The notes below the pieces were generated by a model. It saw only the letters and a list, made by a program, of their open reading frames with translations. It was not told where the DNA came from and made no database searches. A stretch of DNA of 28,455 nucleotides, taken from a virus (lineage: Duplodnaviria > Caudoviricetes). The translations under genes and the position numbers were made by a program. Positions 1 through 8,253 of the stretch are shown piece after piece. Location: the IMG/VR virus record IMGVR_UViG_3300038674_000223, positions 1 through 28,455 of that record; one strand, written 5' to 3'. How positions within the stretch are numbered: the stretch's first letter is position 1; each line of letters starts with the position of its first letter.

Positions 1-1
1 G

Positions 2-877
2 AGCACTCCCCCCGCCCTCCCCGAGTCCATCCCATCACACACCCAGGCGTGCCAGACCGCCCTCGCCAATCTCTCATCCGTCCCCCCAGCCACCCTGGCC
101 CCCTCCTCCGCTGCTCCCCTCATCGCCCCCGCCGAAGATGAGCAGTGCCTCCTCTCCTTCTTCACCGTTGAGGGGATCTCCCGTGCCCTTGTTACAACCC
201 AACTGACCGTCGAGGAGGAGTTCCGCATCCTGGCTGAGATTGCCCGAGACCCCATCAACCCCATTGTCCGCATGACCGCCCTCGACAAGATCAGAACCCG
301 ACTCCGAGACGCCCTCCTGCTCTCCGGCCAGTTTCAACGCTGCGTCGCCACCCAAACCCGAACCAACCCCGACGGCTCAGCCCTCCAGGCCAAGCTCGTC
401 ACCACCCGACTTCTCGGCCACGCCACCGAAACTGAACGGCTCCTCGCCGCCGGTTCCCGCGTCTCCGAGATCCTCGACCTCAACACCCAACCCAACCCCG
501 ATGACCTCCCCGCTCTCGACTCGCCCGTCCCCCCTTTACAGGAGAACTCCAATGCCCCAGGAACGTCCGAAGTACCGCCGACCCGCCCCGATCCCGAGGA
601 ACGGCTCCCCGGCCCACGGCCCTTCCACCCCTCCGCCGACCCCGGCGCCCTCACCTTCAAACGGAGACCTCGTCCCCGGCCCAACCGAGACCTCGGTGGT
701 GGAGGACTTGCCCAATCAAGCCGACAAGCTGCCGACGCCGCCCGTACCTCTGCCGCCCGCACCGCTACCTCCCAATCTTCAGTCCGACAAGATCCACCGG
801 CAGGCTGTCCGGGCCAAGACGGCCTACCTGATGTTCCGTCGGACCCTGAACTACAACAACATCATCCCCTGGAATAA
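2..877 (+). CDS. Terminase small subunit-like protein (5'-truncated by window edge)
   Basis: The frame of ORF 272..877 is open back to position 2. It contains LTVEEEFRILAEIARD...VRMTALDKI, resembling the helical oligomerisation segment of TerS, and lies upstream of TerL. The C-terminal part is low-complexity and overlaps the next gene. Confidence 0.5.
   Translation, partial: STPPALPESIPSHTQACQTALANLSSVPPATLAPSSAAPLIAPAEDEQCLLSFFTVEGISRALVTTQLTVEEEFRILAEIARDPINPIVRMTALDKIRTRLRDALLLSGQFQRCVATQTRTNPDGSALQAKLVTTRLLGHATETERLLAAGSRVSEILDLNTQPNPDDLPALDSPVPPLQENSNAPGTSEVPPTRPDPEERLPGPRPFHPSADPGALTFKRRPRPRPNRDLGGGGLAQSSRQAADAARTSAARTATSQSSVRQDPPAGCPGQDGLPDVPSDPELQQHHPLE
512..525 (+). repeat. 14-bp dispersed motif GCTCTCGACTCGCC, copy 1
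   Basis: Exact match; ends 26 nt upstream of ATG 552. Confidence 0.95.
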
Positions 878-1103
878 GCTCCCCCAGGCCGCTCGGTTCA
901 GCATCATGGCCGCTCTGGTCCGTCGGTTCGACGATCTCCGAGACGACGACCCCCTCCTCCAGGGAATTGCCAAGTTTGCCCCCCACACCACCACCCGCAG
1001 GGCTACCCGAATGCTGGCCCACCTGTACGGCTTCGAGGCCCTCCATGCCTGGCTCGCCACCCAGGGTGCCCCCGCTCTCGACTCGCCTCCGGAGACGACC
1101 TGA
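552..1103 (+). CDS. Hypothetical phage protein (Pro-rich N-terminus, helical C-terminal domain)
   Basis: ORF 501..1103; the better start is ATG 552, preceded by AGGAG (540-544). Its TGA overlaps the TerL ATG (TGATG). Confidence 0.7.
   Translation: MPQERPKYRRPAPIPRNGSPAHGPSTPPPTPAPSPSNGDLVPGPTETSVVEDLPNQADKLPTPPVPLPPAPLPPNLQSDKIHRQAVRAKTAYLMFRRTLNYNNIIPWNKLPQAARFSIMAALVRRFDDLRDDDPLLQGIAKFAPHTTTRRATRMLAHLYGFEALHAWLATQGAPALDSPPETT
1074..1087 (+). repeat. 14-bp dispersed motif, copy 2
   Basis: Exact match; ends 15 nt upstream of TerL ATG. Confidence 0.95.
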
Positions 1104-2989
1104 TGCCTGTCCGAATACCGCGGCAAGGCAACCCGCTCTACCCCCTCCCGACGGACTACGCCGCGCTGTCCGCCGAAGGCCAGCGCTTGGCCCGCCTCAA
1201 TGCGCTCCTGCTCCAGGAGACACCCGAGGACGTAGTCCACGCCTGGTCGTTCTTCCGTCGCTGGTACCTGGAGCCTGAAGACGCCCACTGGTACAAAGCC
1301 TGGTGCCCCTCCCCCCCTCTCCACTACCAAATGATTCACGATATGGCGGCCTACAGCCGCAATGTATGGGCTGCTCCCCGGGCCTTCTCGAAGACCACCA
1401 TCCTCCGAGAAGCGGCCATTCTGACTCTGCTGACACGCCCCTCCTTCGACATCCTGAACCTCCAGGCTACCATCAAGCGTTACCGGCTGGGCATGGATGC
1501 CATCAAGACGCTCTTCGAGACCAACAAGTACATCCACGACGACTTCACGGAGTTCTTCGGTGAGCCCATCGTCCCCAAGCGAGGGCGCCGACCCTGGGGC
1601 ACCGAAACCATCCGGCTGCCCAACCAGTCCACCCTCGAAGGCGGCTCCGTCCAGGGTGCCCTCCGTGGTGCCCGGCCGGACCTCCTCATCATCGACGACC
1701 CTGAATACGACGAGGACCAGTCCAACGACCAACAGGCCCTCATCGAGGACTTCGAGCGGCTCCTCTTCAAGACCCTCCTCCCCATGCTCCTGCACGGCTC
1801 AGTCATGTTCTGGATCGGCACCCTCATCAGCCGCCAGTCCTTCCTCTACTCTGTCACCCGTGGAGAGGATCCCCGCTTCACCCACTTCAATCGCCGTGTT
1901 CTAGGCATCCGGGCGGACGACGGCACCCTCATCTGGCCCGAGCGGTGGGATGCCCAGACGGTCCAAGACCTCCGTACCGAGATAGGTGAGTCCGCCTTCC
2001 AGTCCGAATACATGAACAATCCGGGCTCCGTCACCGCCCGCATCCTGAAACTCCACCCGGACTTTGGAACCTACTCTGTAGACGGTCCCGTCCACCGACT
2101 GGGCTCCCCCCTGGCCTGCCAGGACTTCTCCATCCACTACAAGCGCAAGATCGTCCAGGGGGACCAGATCACCGTCCTGAATGTCCAGGAACCCTTCGGG
2201 CCTTGGGCTTCCCGGCTCTACCGGGCCATCACCGTAGACTTCGTCTTCAAGCCCTCCCACACCTCCGACTTTGCCTGTATCGGGGTCTGGGGCTACGACG
2301 AGGAAGACGTACTTTGGGTACTCGACCTCCACCTTGAACGAGTCCGGGGTGCCCCCTTCACCCGCCGTATATTCGAGATGGCCTACCAGTGGCGAGTCCG
2401 AATCATCGGAACCGAGTCCGTCCCCGCCCAAGAGGAAATCTCTCAGGAAACCGCCGAGTTCGTCAGCGAAATGGCTGCCGGGACCGGCTATGTCCCCCGA
2501 GTCATCCCTATCCGATATGCTTCCCGCAAGGCTCCCCGCAACCTCGATGCCCCCACCAAAATCTCCAAGCAAGAACGGATCGCGGCCCTCGAAGCCCGGT
2601 TCGCTCGCCAGAAAATCCGCTACCCCCTCCACCGTAAATCCGAGTTTGCCATCGGCCAACTCTTCCACCAGACCGACTATTTCACCCTGGACCTCTCCCT
2701 CCTCCGCTTCGACGACGCCATCGACACCCTGGCCATGAGCCAATATCTCCCTCGCCGACGGGGAGACAGACCCCCCAACGCGCCCCCTTCCAACCAGATT
2801 GTAGACCTTCTCAGGTCCGGCCGGACTGTGGATCCCGCAACCGGCATCCCCTATGCCGCCTCCGGGTCTTCAGATGTTTTTACACCCGATGTGCTCAGTC
2901 GGCTCCGTCGCCAGAAATACGGAGACCGATACACCCAAGAAAAGGAGATTTCCCAATGGCCACCTGGACCCCCTCGCCTGACCTTCTAG
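1103..2989 (+). CDS. terL: Terminase large subunit
   Basis: Walker A-like APRAFSKTT, Walker B LRGARPDLLIIDDPE, coupling motif WIGT, linker LIWPERW...FQSEYMNNP, and RNase H-like nuclease acidic motifs AITVDF, SDFACIG, FDDAIDTLA. Confidence 0.95.
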   Translation: MPVRIPRQGNPLYPLPTDYAALSAEGQRLARLNALLLQETPEDVVHAWSFFRRWYLEPEDAHWYKAWCPSPPLHYQMIHDMAAYSRNVWAAPRAFSKTTILREAAILTLLTRPSFDILNLQATIKRYRLGMDAIKTLFETNKYIHDDFTEFFGEPIVPKRGRRPWGTETIRLPNQSTLEGGSVQGALRGARPDLLIIDDPEYDEDQSNDQQALIEDFERLLFKTLLPMLLHGSVMFWIGTLISRQSFLYSVTRGEDPRFTHFNRRVLGIRADDGTLIWPERWDAQTVQDLRTEIGESAFQSEYMNNPGSVTARILKLHPDFGTYSVDGPVHRLGSPLACQDFSIHYKRKIVQGDQITVLNVQEPFGPWASRLYRAITVDFVFKPSHTSDFACIGVWGYDEEDVLWVLDLHLERVRGAPFTRRIFEMAYQWRVRIIGTESVPAQEEISQETAEFVSEMAAGTGYVPRVIPIRYASRKAPRNLDAPTKISKQERIAALEARFARQKIRYPLHRKSEFAIGQLFHQTDYFTLDLSLLRFDDAIDTLAMSQYLPRRRGDRPPNAPPSNQIVDLLRSGRTVDPATGIPYAASGSSDVFTPDVLSRLRRQKYGDRYTQEKEISQWPPGPPRLTF

Positions 2990-3252
2990 TTATCCTGGCA
3001 CTCTCTCTGGCCGCCATCACTGTCATCGTCTCTTCCGGGCTGACCGCCTGGATGGGGATTCTCTTCCTCCGGATGAGCCGCCAGCAAGCCCTCACCCGTG
3101 CGATGGACTCCGCAGATGAGCGGGACCGCATCCTGGCCATCCGTGCCCTGGCCTCCCAGCTTCCCCGCCCCCCCTCCTCTCCATCCGGACCCACCAGAGA
3201 ACCAGCCGTCCCGTCCCCCACCGTCGGAGTGAAGCTGTCCGGCAGCCTTTGA
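2956..3252 (+). CDS. Small membrane protein (one N-terminal hydrophobic segment)
   Basis: RBS AAGGAG at 2942-2947; hydrophobic stretch LLVILALSLAAITVIVSSGLTAWMGILFL. Confidence 0.7.
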   Translation: MATWTPSPDLLVILALSLAAITVIVSSGLTAWMGILFLRMSRQQALTRAMDSADERDRILAIRALASQLPRPPSSPSGPTREPAVPSPTVGVKLSGSL

Positions 3253-3281
3253 ACGGATGAGGAGCCTGTACCTATATTCCA

Positions 3282-3310
3282 TTTACACACGCCTTCTCCC
3301 TGTATACAAT
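3282..3310 (+). promoter_or_regulatory. Sigma70-like promoter for the head module
   Basis: TTTACA (3282-3287), 17 nt spacer, TACAAT (3305-3310) in an AT-richer intergenic gap. A second TACAAT at 3352-3357 has a weaker -35 (GTGACT, 16 nt spacer). Confidence 0.7.
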
Positions 3311-3371
3311 AAGGCGCGATGATAGTGATGTGACTCACCGAGTCCGCACCGTACAATGAAGGGAGAACACG

Positions 3372-3842
3372 ATGGCGCTAACTCATCGACTCCGGCGTAA
3401 CACCCTCAACCCGGAGGACAAGGAAAATCCTCTCTTCCTCCACCGAACCGCCACCCTCGAAGCGGTGGACACCAGTGGTCGGATCAACCTCTTCGGGGCT
3501 CAGAAGCCCTGGGCGCCCGAGAAGGCCAACGTCCCCTCCCGGATGGCCCGACCCGGCTACCTCAGTGCCGTCCAGGTGGACAACTCCGACAACGATGAGG
3601 CCACCTACCTCAAGCTCTACGACTCGATTGACCCTACATTCGGAACGACCGAGCCGGTTGTCGTTCTGAAGATCCCCGCTCAATCCAATGTGCTGACCCC
3701 CCTCCTACTCCCCACGGGCCTCCACTTTAGTGAGGGCCTGTCGCTGGCTTGTGCCAAGGAAGGCGGTGGGGACTGCACTACCGATCCTGACGAGGACGTA
3801 ACTGTCACGCTGTTCTCGCCCCAGCGGATGACTCTGACTTGA
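3372..3842 (+). CDS. Small beta-rich phage protein, paralog 1 of 3 (possible virion decoration protein)
   Basis: RBS GGGAG; shares the pattern YLKLYDS..PTFGTTEP.VVLKIPA...GLHFSEGLSLAC with the next two ORFs. Confidence 0.8.
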   Translation: MALTHRLRRNTLNPEDKENPLFLHRTATLEAVDTSGRINLFGAQKPWAPEKANVPSRMARPGYLSAVQVDNSDNDEATYLKLYDSIDPTFGTTEPVVVLKIPAQSNVLTPLLLPTGLHFSEGLSLACAKEGGGDCTTDPDEDVTVTLFSPQRMTLT

Positions 3843-3875
3843 GCCAAGCCTACAAGCCATGAAAGGAGAACGAAC

Positions 3876-4259
3876 ATGGCCAGCGCAGCTTTGAAGGTTC
3901 TGGACGAAACCCCTGGAAATCTCTCCCTCCTTCGAACAACCGACCTGGAGGACGATGGGCTTCCCAACGTCATGAAAGGCCCATGCAATCTCTACGGAAT
4001 CTTCGTCCACAACAACGGAGCCGGAACTCCTGAAGCCATCGCCCTCAGACTGTGGGATGACACAGCCCCCACGGTGGCATCCGACGAGCCCGACTTCGTC
4101 TTCACGGTGGCCGCCGGGGCAATCACCTTCATCCCTTGCCAACTGCCCTCTGGGATTCCGTTTGCCAACGGGCTCACCATCGCCGCCGAATCAGTGGCCA
4201 ACGGTGACACTCCCGACACGGCGGTCATCGTCGAACTGTACGCTGGCCCCGCCAGCTAA
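3876..4259 (+). CDS. Small beta-rich phage protein, paralog 2 of 3
   Basis: RBS AAGGAG; LRLWDDTAPTVASDEPDFVFTVAAG...GIPFANGLTIAA. Confidence 0.8.
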   Translation: MASAALKVLDETPGNLSLLRTTDLEDDGLPNVMKGPCNLYGIFVHNNGAGTPEAIALRLWDDTAPTVASDEPDFVFTVAAGAITFIPCQLPSGIPFANGLTIAAESVANGDTPDTAVIVELYAGPAS

Positions 4260-4319
4260 CCGCACTGGGATGGCTCTCGACTCGCCAGCCAGTCGCACGG
4301 AGATGGCTCTCGACTCGCC
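4250..4319 (+). repeat. 33-bp imperfect tandem repeat carrying motif copies 3 (4273-4286) and 4 (4306-4319)
   Basis: 4250-4282 and 4283-4315 match at 28/33 positions; both motif copies are exact. Confidence 0.95.
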
Positions 4320-4340
4320 TGATAACTAAGGAGTAGGACT

Positions 4341-4712
4341 ATGGCTCTTTCCTCAGTAACTCCGATGGAGGCCGCAACCAAGACGATCTTGGATGTGGAT
4401 GAGACCGTAAGTGCCGCCAAGCAGGCGGCTGCCGCAACGGTGTACGCCGTCGAGGTGGACAACCAACTGAATACCGACCCCGTCTACGTCAAGCTGTACG
4501 ACAGCCTGCATGGCGACGTGACGGTGGGCACGACGGACCCGGATGTAGTGCTTCGCTGCCCGGCCGGAGAGGTCAGCCTGTGGCCTCTGGCGGGTGCTGC
4601 GGGCCTGGCGTTCAGCACAGGAATTACTGCCGCCTGCGTGCTGGAGCCGGGCACGGCGGGAGATACCCCCCCGGACAACGCCGTGAACATCAAGCTGTTT
4701 GCCTCCGCGTAA
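4341..4712 (+). CDS. Small beta-rich phage protein, paralog 3 of 3
   Basis: RBS AAGGAG/AGGA; YVKLYDS...TVGTTDPDVVLRCPAG...GLAFSTGITAAC. Confidence 0.8.
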   Translation: MALSSVTPMEAATKTILDVDETVSAAKQAAAATVYAVEVDNQLNTDPVYVKLYDSLHGDVTVGTTDPDVVLRCPAGEVSLWPLAGAAGLAFSTGITAACVLEPGTAGDTPPDNAVNIKLFASA

Positions 4713-4752
4713 CATTCCTCCGACTGTTCTTTCAGGAAGGAAGGAGTGTGCC

Positions 4753-6966
4753 GTGTTCCACCTTCCCAAGCGGGAAGAAGACCGTGTGACCGTCCTCAAT
4801 CAGATGAGGAACGCCGCCGACATGGAGATTCTTCCTTTCCGTGTCCAGTGGCTGGTCAACCATTGGTGGTTGCAGGGGTACCGGAATCTCCGCCGCAATT
4901 ACTTGACGGGCTCTGTAGACGCCAACTTCTTCAATTATGAGGATGCTGACCTCGACGACCTGAATGGTGTTCCTCGAAGCCGGGTCCGTATCGAGGAAGT
5001 TGTCGTCAAGTACCAGGCGGAACTGGGCCGACTCCTCAAAATGGACATCCGGCCTTCCGCTGCCCGCAAGGGCTTCGGACTGGACTCTATCCGTAAGGCG
5101 GCCGCCGCTCGGGTCATCCTCGAATATCTGACCGGACCAGTCTGTTGGGACACCTTCAAGCTGACCTTGTTCCCCAAGCTCCTGACCTTTGGGTGTGCGG
5201 GAATCGGTTGTTGGGCACGGGCCTCCACTGAGGCCGGGTCCGAGTCCAAGCCCCAGATCCCCTCCGCCGAGGATGACTTCACAGGTCGAGACCAATCCGT
5301 CGATACGGACCTCAACGTCATCCGGGGGCTGGTGGACGACTCTACGCTTCTCCCTACGTCGTCACCACCCTCCGCCATCGAGTCCCGGCTGGCCCTTGAG
5401 GTGATTCCGCCCTGGCAGCTTCTGCCTATTCCCCACCGGCCCACCACTCCCGATGAGGTTGAAGGGATCATCCGACGAAGGTGGGTAACACTGGATTGGC
5501 TCAAGAGCCGTTCCGGGCTGAAGCTACCCCGTGACCAGGCCAAGCTGAATCTTCGCGACGCTCCCTACGGCATAAGGCCTGATCCCTCTTCACCCATCGA
5601 AGTAACCTTCATGACGGGCTATGATGCCCGCACCCAGGAGTCTAACCGTACAGGTTCGTCCGGCCGCTCTTCCTTCACTCAGTATGCCCAACTCGAAGAA
5701 TACTTCCTGCTCCATGACGAGAAGGACCGCCTCTGCCGGTGGATCGTCAAAGTAGGCGACCACATCTGTGCGGACTACACCTATGAGGATCGTTCCGTCT
5801 ATATGCCCATCGGGATCTCTCGGTACCATCCAACCGGGGGATTCTATGGTCGATCCTTCGTCGAACTTCTCATCCCCTTAAACCAAGAGCAGGAGGAGAT
5901 GGCCTCCATCCTGTTCGACACGGTCAAAGACCTGTCGGCATTCGGCACCCAACTGGTTCCGGCCAACATCGGTATCTCCAAAGAAGAACTCACCCAGCAC
6001 CGTCACCGAAACAAAGTGTTGCTCTACGAACCCGACCCGACAGTAGACACCCCCAAGATCCTCTCTATTACCCCTGTCAACTTCAACGATTTTCCGGGCA
6101 AGGTCATGTCGGTGGCGAGCCAGATGATTGACCGCCTCACCCAACAGAACGACCTGATGCGTGGTGAGGCCCCCGGTCGTGTCGATAGCGCCCAGGGGCT
6201 GGCCTTCCTCCATGAGACTGGCTCAACACCTCTGGGTGTCCCAGCCAACTCTATCGCTCAGGGGCTCACCCAGGTCTACCGGGAGATCCTGGCGGCTGCT
6301 CCGGACCTCCTGTCCGGCCGTCAAGCTCTTCCTCTCCTGGGTATCGACGACAACCTGGTCGGGCTGGTCGTCAACCCAGAGGACGGCACCATCAGACTGA
6401 ATGCTACCAACTTCCCCAGCCCCTCCGAGGTTGAACTGGGAGTCCGGGACAAGCTGCCTGGCCCTCCCACCCTCCGGGAGCAGAAGCTCCTCTCGATGCT
6501 CAAAGCCGGGATCATCAACCCCGTCGAGTTCCGCTTCACCGTCTGGAAGGAAAATCTGGACATCCCTGTCGCCAACTGGGCCGAACAGGAGTCCTTCCGC
6601 AAGGCTACTCTCCAAGTTCTTCTTCTCTTTGGCGATGGGGAGGAGCCCGGCCAGATTATCGCCAGCACCGCTGCGGACCAGCCTGAAGTTCACCTCATGG
6701 TCATCAGCCAGTTTATGGCCAAGATCGAGTTTCAGTATGCGTCTACCGCCGTCCGGGAAGCATTCGAGAAGCTCAAGCAGACCTACATGAGTTTCCTGGG
6801 CCGAGGCTATCCAGACCAGTTGCCCTACCCGGAGGACGCCGCCACGCTCGAACAACAGGCCGGCCCCCCCGGTGGTATGCCTCCAGGCATGGGAGCAGGT
6901 ATGGGGGCAGGCATGGGAGGGGGCATGAACATGGCAATGATGGGGAGAGGGGGCGCTCCGGGGTAG
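4753..6966 (+). CDS. Portal protein (podovirus/P22-like head-tail connector)
   Basis: About 740 aa, between TerL and scaffold/capsid. Motifs FYGRSFVELLIPLNQE and MRGEAPGRVDSAQGLAFL; Gly/Met-rich tail. GTG 4753 follows AAGGAG (the ORF track starts at 4699). Confidence 0.88.
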   Translation: MFHLPKREEDRVTVLNQMRNAADMEILPFRVQWLVNHWWLQGYRNLRRNYLTGSVDANFFNYEDADLDDLNGVPRSRVRIEEVVVKYQAELGRLLKMDIRPSAARKGFGLDSIRKAAAARVILEYLTGPVCWDTFKLTLFPKLLTFGCAGIGCWARASTEAGSESKPQIPSAEDDFTGRDQSVDTDLNVIRGLVDDSTLLPTSSPPSAIESRLALEVIPPWQLLPIPHRPTTPDEVEGIIRRRWVTLDWLKSRSGLKLPRDQAKLNLRDAPYGIRPDPSSPIEVTFMTGYDARTQESNRTGSSGRSSFTQYAQLEEYFLLHDEKDRLCRWIVKVGDHICADYTYEDRSVYMPIGISRYHPTGGFYGRSFVELLIPLNQEQEEMASILFDTVKDLSAFGTQLVPANIGISKEELTQHRHRNKVLLYEPDPTVDTPKILSITPVNFNDFPGKVMSVASQMIDRLTQQNDLMRGEAPGRVDSAQGLAFLHETGSTPLGVPANSIAQGLTQVYREILAAAPDLLSGRQALPLLGIDDNLVGLVVNPEDGTIRLNATNFPSPSEVELGVRDKLPGPPTLREQKLLSMLKAGIINPVEFRFTVWKENLDIPVANWAEQESFRKATLQVLLLFGDGEEPGQIIASTAADQPEVHLMVISQFMAKIEFQYASTAVREAFEKLKQTYMSFLGRGYPDQLPYPEDAATLEQQAGPPGGMPPGMGAGMGAGMGGGMNMAMMGRGGAPG

Positions 6967-6971
6967 TGTAA

Positions 6972-6998
6972 CCGCAGACCCGGCTCTCGACTCGCCCT
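6972..6998 (+). repeat. Motif copy 5 (6983-6996) within a 27-bp sequence identical to 18850-18876
   Basis: CCGCAGACCCGGCTCTCGACTCGCCCT, just after the portal stop codon. Confidence 0.95.
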
Positions 6999-7069
6999 GA
7001 CGTGGTTCCGATGAAGTCGAAGTAGTCCGAGGAAAGACAGACAGAAAGAAAGAAAGGAAGGAAGAAATC

Positions 7070-8083
7070 ATGCCTTCAGAACTTCATGATGCAGTGAATC
7101 CCAGTGATCTGAGTCCCGATGTGCCATCCCCGAAGGATGCTCCCAAGACGGAACAGGCCGTTCGCAAGACGGACGACGGCCAGTATGTCCTGAAGGTGGG
7201 AGAAGCCGAAAAGACGGTGTCCGAGGCAGAACTGTTCCGCCTTGCTCAGCTTGCCCACGGTGCCCATCAGAGATTCGAGGAAGCCGCCCAGCTTCGTCAG
7301 AATACCGAGAAGCTGGTGGGCACCTTGAGGGAGGCGCTGCTGCGGGCGGATCAGGGGGATGCAACGGCCTTTAATGCGGTCCTCCAATTCATGGGAATCG
7401 ACGACACAACTCGACAGGCCAAGTTGACGGAGTATACTCAGGCGTGGGCTGCCGCGCGTGGCGACGGCTCTCCCGACAACCCGGACGAGGATGAAGAGGA
7501 GGATAACATGGACGAATCGACTTTGCCTCAGGAGACGCCCCCCCAGACGCCGCCGGGCCGACGTGAGAAATCTCCCCCTGCTCGGAAGACCCAGTTGGCC
7601 CTGGACGATCTTCCCAACGAGGTTCAGGAGGCCGTCAAGTTGATCGGGCATGAGGGCTTCATCAACCTGCTGAAGAGGACGGCCCAGGACTACAAGGACG
7701 CCGACCGCCAGAAAGTTTACGACGATGTGTGGTCGGATGTTGCAAAAGACTCCGACTTGAGTAGAATTGTAAGTAAGGGTGGCGCCCGAGCCGAAAAGCT
7801 GCGGGCGCTGACCGAGACATTGACGAGAGGCCGGATTCACGATGGTGAACCGTGGGGTCCAGGACTCCGGGCCGCCGTAATCAAAGAGTTACGGAGCCTC
7901 GCACAAGAGTTCGGGACCGGGAGCGGCCCAATACCCATACCAGGACTTGGTGCCGGTCCGGGGATCAGCCACGTTGAAGCCCAAGCCGAAAAACCGCCGG
8001 ACCGAGTGCCGATGTCGGACGAGAAGTGGGACGAGACCATCACGAAGCGGTTGGCCCACGCGGTGTTTCACGGCCAGGGTTAG
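7070..8083 (+). CDS. Capsid scaffolding protein
   Basis: Between portal and capsid; YVLKVGEAEKTVSEAELFRLAQ...RFEEAAQLR resembles podovirus scaffold N-termini; acidic and helical; purine-rich RBS region. Confidence 0.8.
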   Translation: MPSELHDAVNPSDLSPDVPSPKDAPKTEQAVRKTDDGQYVLKVGEAEKTVSEAELFRLAQLAHGAHQRFEEAAQLRQNTEKLVGTLREALLRADQGDATAFNAVLQFMGIDDTTRQAKLTEYTQAWAAARGDGSPDNPDEDEEEDNMDESTLPQETPPQTPPGRREKSPPARKTQLALDDLPNEVQEAVKLIGHEGFINLLKRTAQDYKDADRQKVYDDVWSDVAKDSDLSRIVSKGGARAEKLRALTETLTRGRIHDGEPWGPGLRAAVIKELRSLAQEFGTGSGPIPIPGLGAGPGISHVEAQAEKPPDRVPMSDEKWDETITKRLAHAVFHGQG

Positions 8084-8088
8084 CAGCC

Positions 8089-8253
8089 CTCAAGCCTCCA
8101 GACTCCAAGCCTTTGATCCTTAGTGTATTCTCCGACATCCAAGCCATTGGCCCCGGAGCACTGTGGGTTCCCATGTGGTAATGGGGACAGTGCATCGTTT
8201 CGAGGCTTCGCTTCTCCGCTCTGTCGGAGAGGCTTGAGTGTGAGGACTACACT
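8089..8253 (+). promoter_or_regulatory. Structured 5' leader of the major capsid gene
   Basis: CTCAAGCCTC (8089-8098) pairs with GAGGCTTGAG (8229-8238). Further hairpins: GCACTGT/ACAGTGC, GCTTCTCCG/CGGAGAGGC, and AGTGT/ACACT around the SD. Confidence 0.55.

Noticed and set aside
512-525. ALDSP as a repeated protein motif
   Set aside because: The same DNA is read in other frames and occurs in intergenic regions, so the repeat is at nucleotide level
1372-1400. Terminase Walker A APRAFSKTT lacks the canonical GK
   Set aside because: PRxxxK[ST] variants are common in terminases and the other catalytic motifs are intact
2956-3252. Holin assignment for the membrane protein
   Set aside because: No endolysin or spanin nearby; a single hydrophobic segment is not enough evidence
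4250-4319. Tandem repeat as a mini-CRISPR
   Set aside because: The units are near-identical along their whole length, with no unique spacer
7030-7067. Purine tract complementary to the pyrimidine tract near 9818-9827
   Set aside because: A 10-nt low-complexity match, probably chance; the tract is adequately explained as an unstructured RBS region
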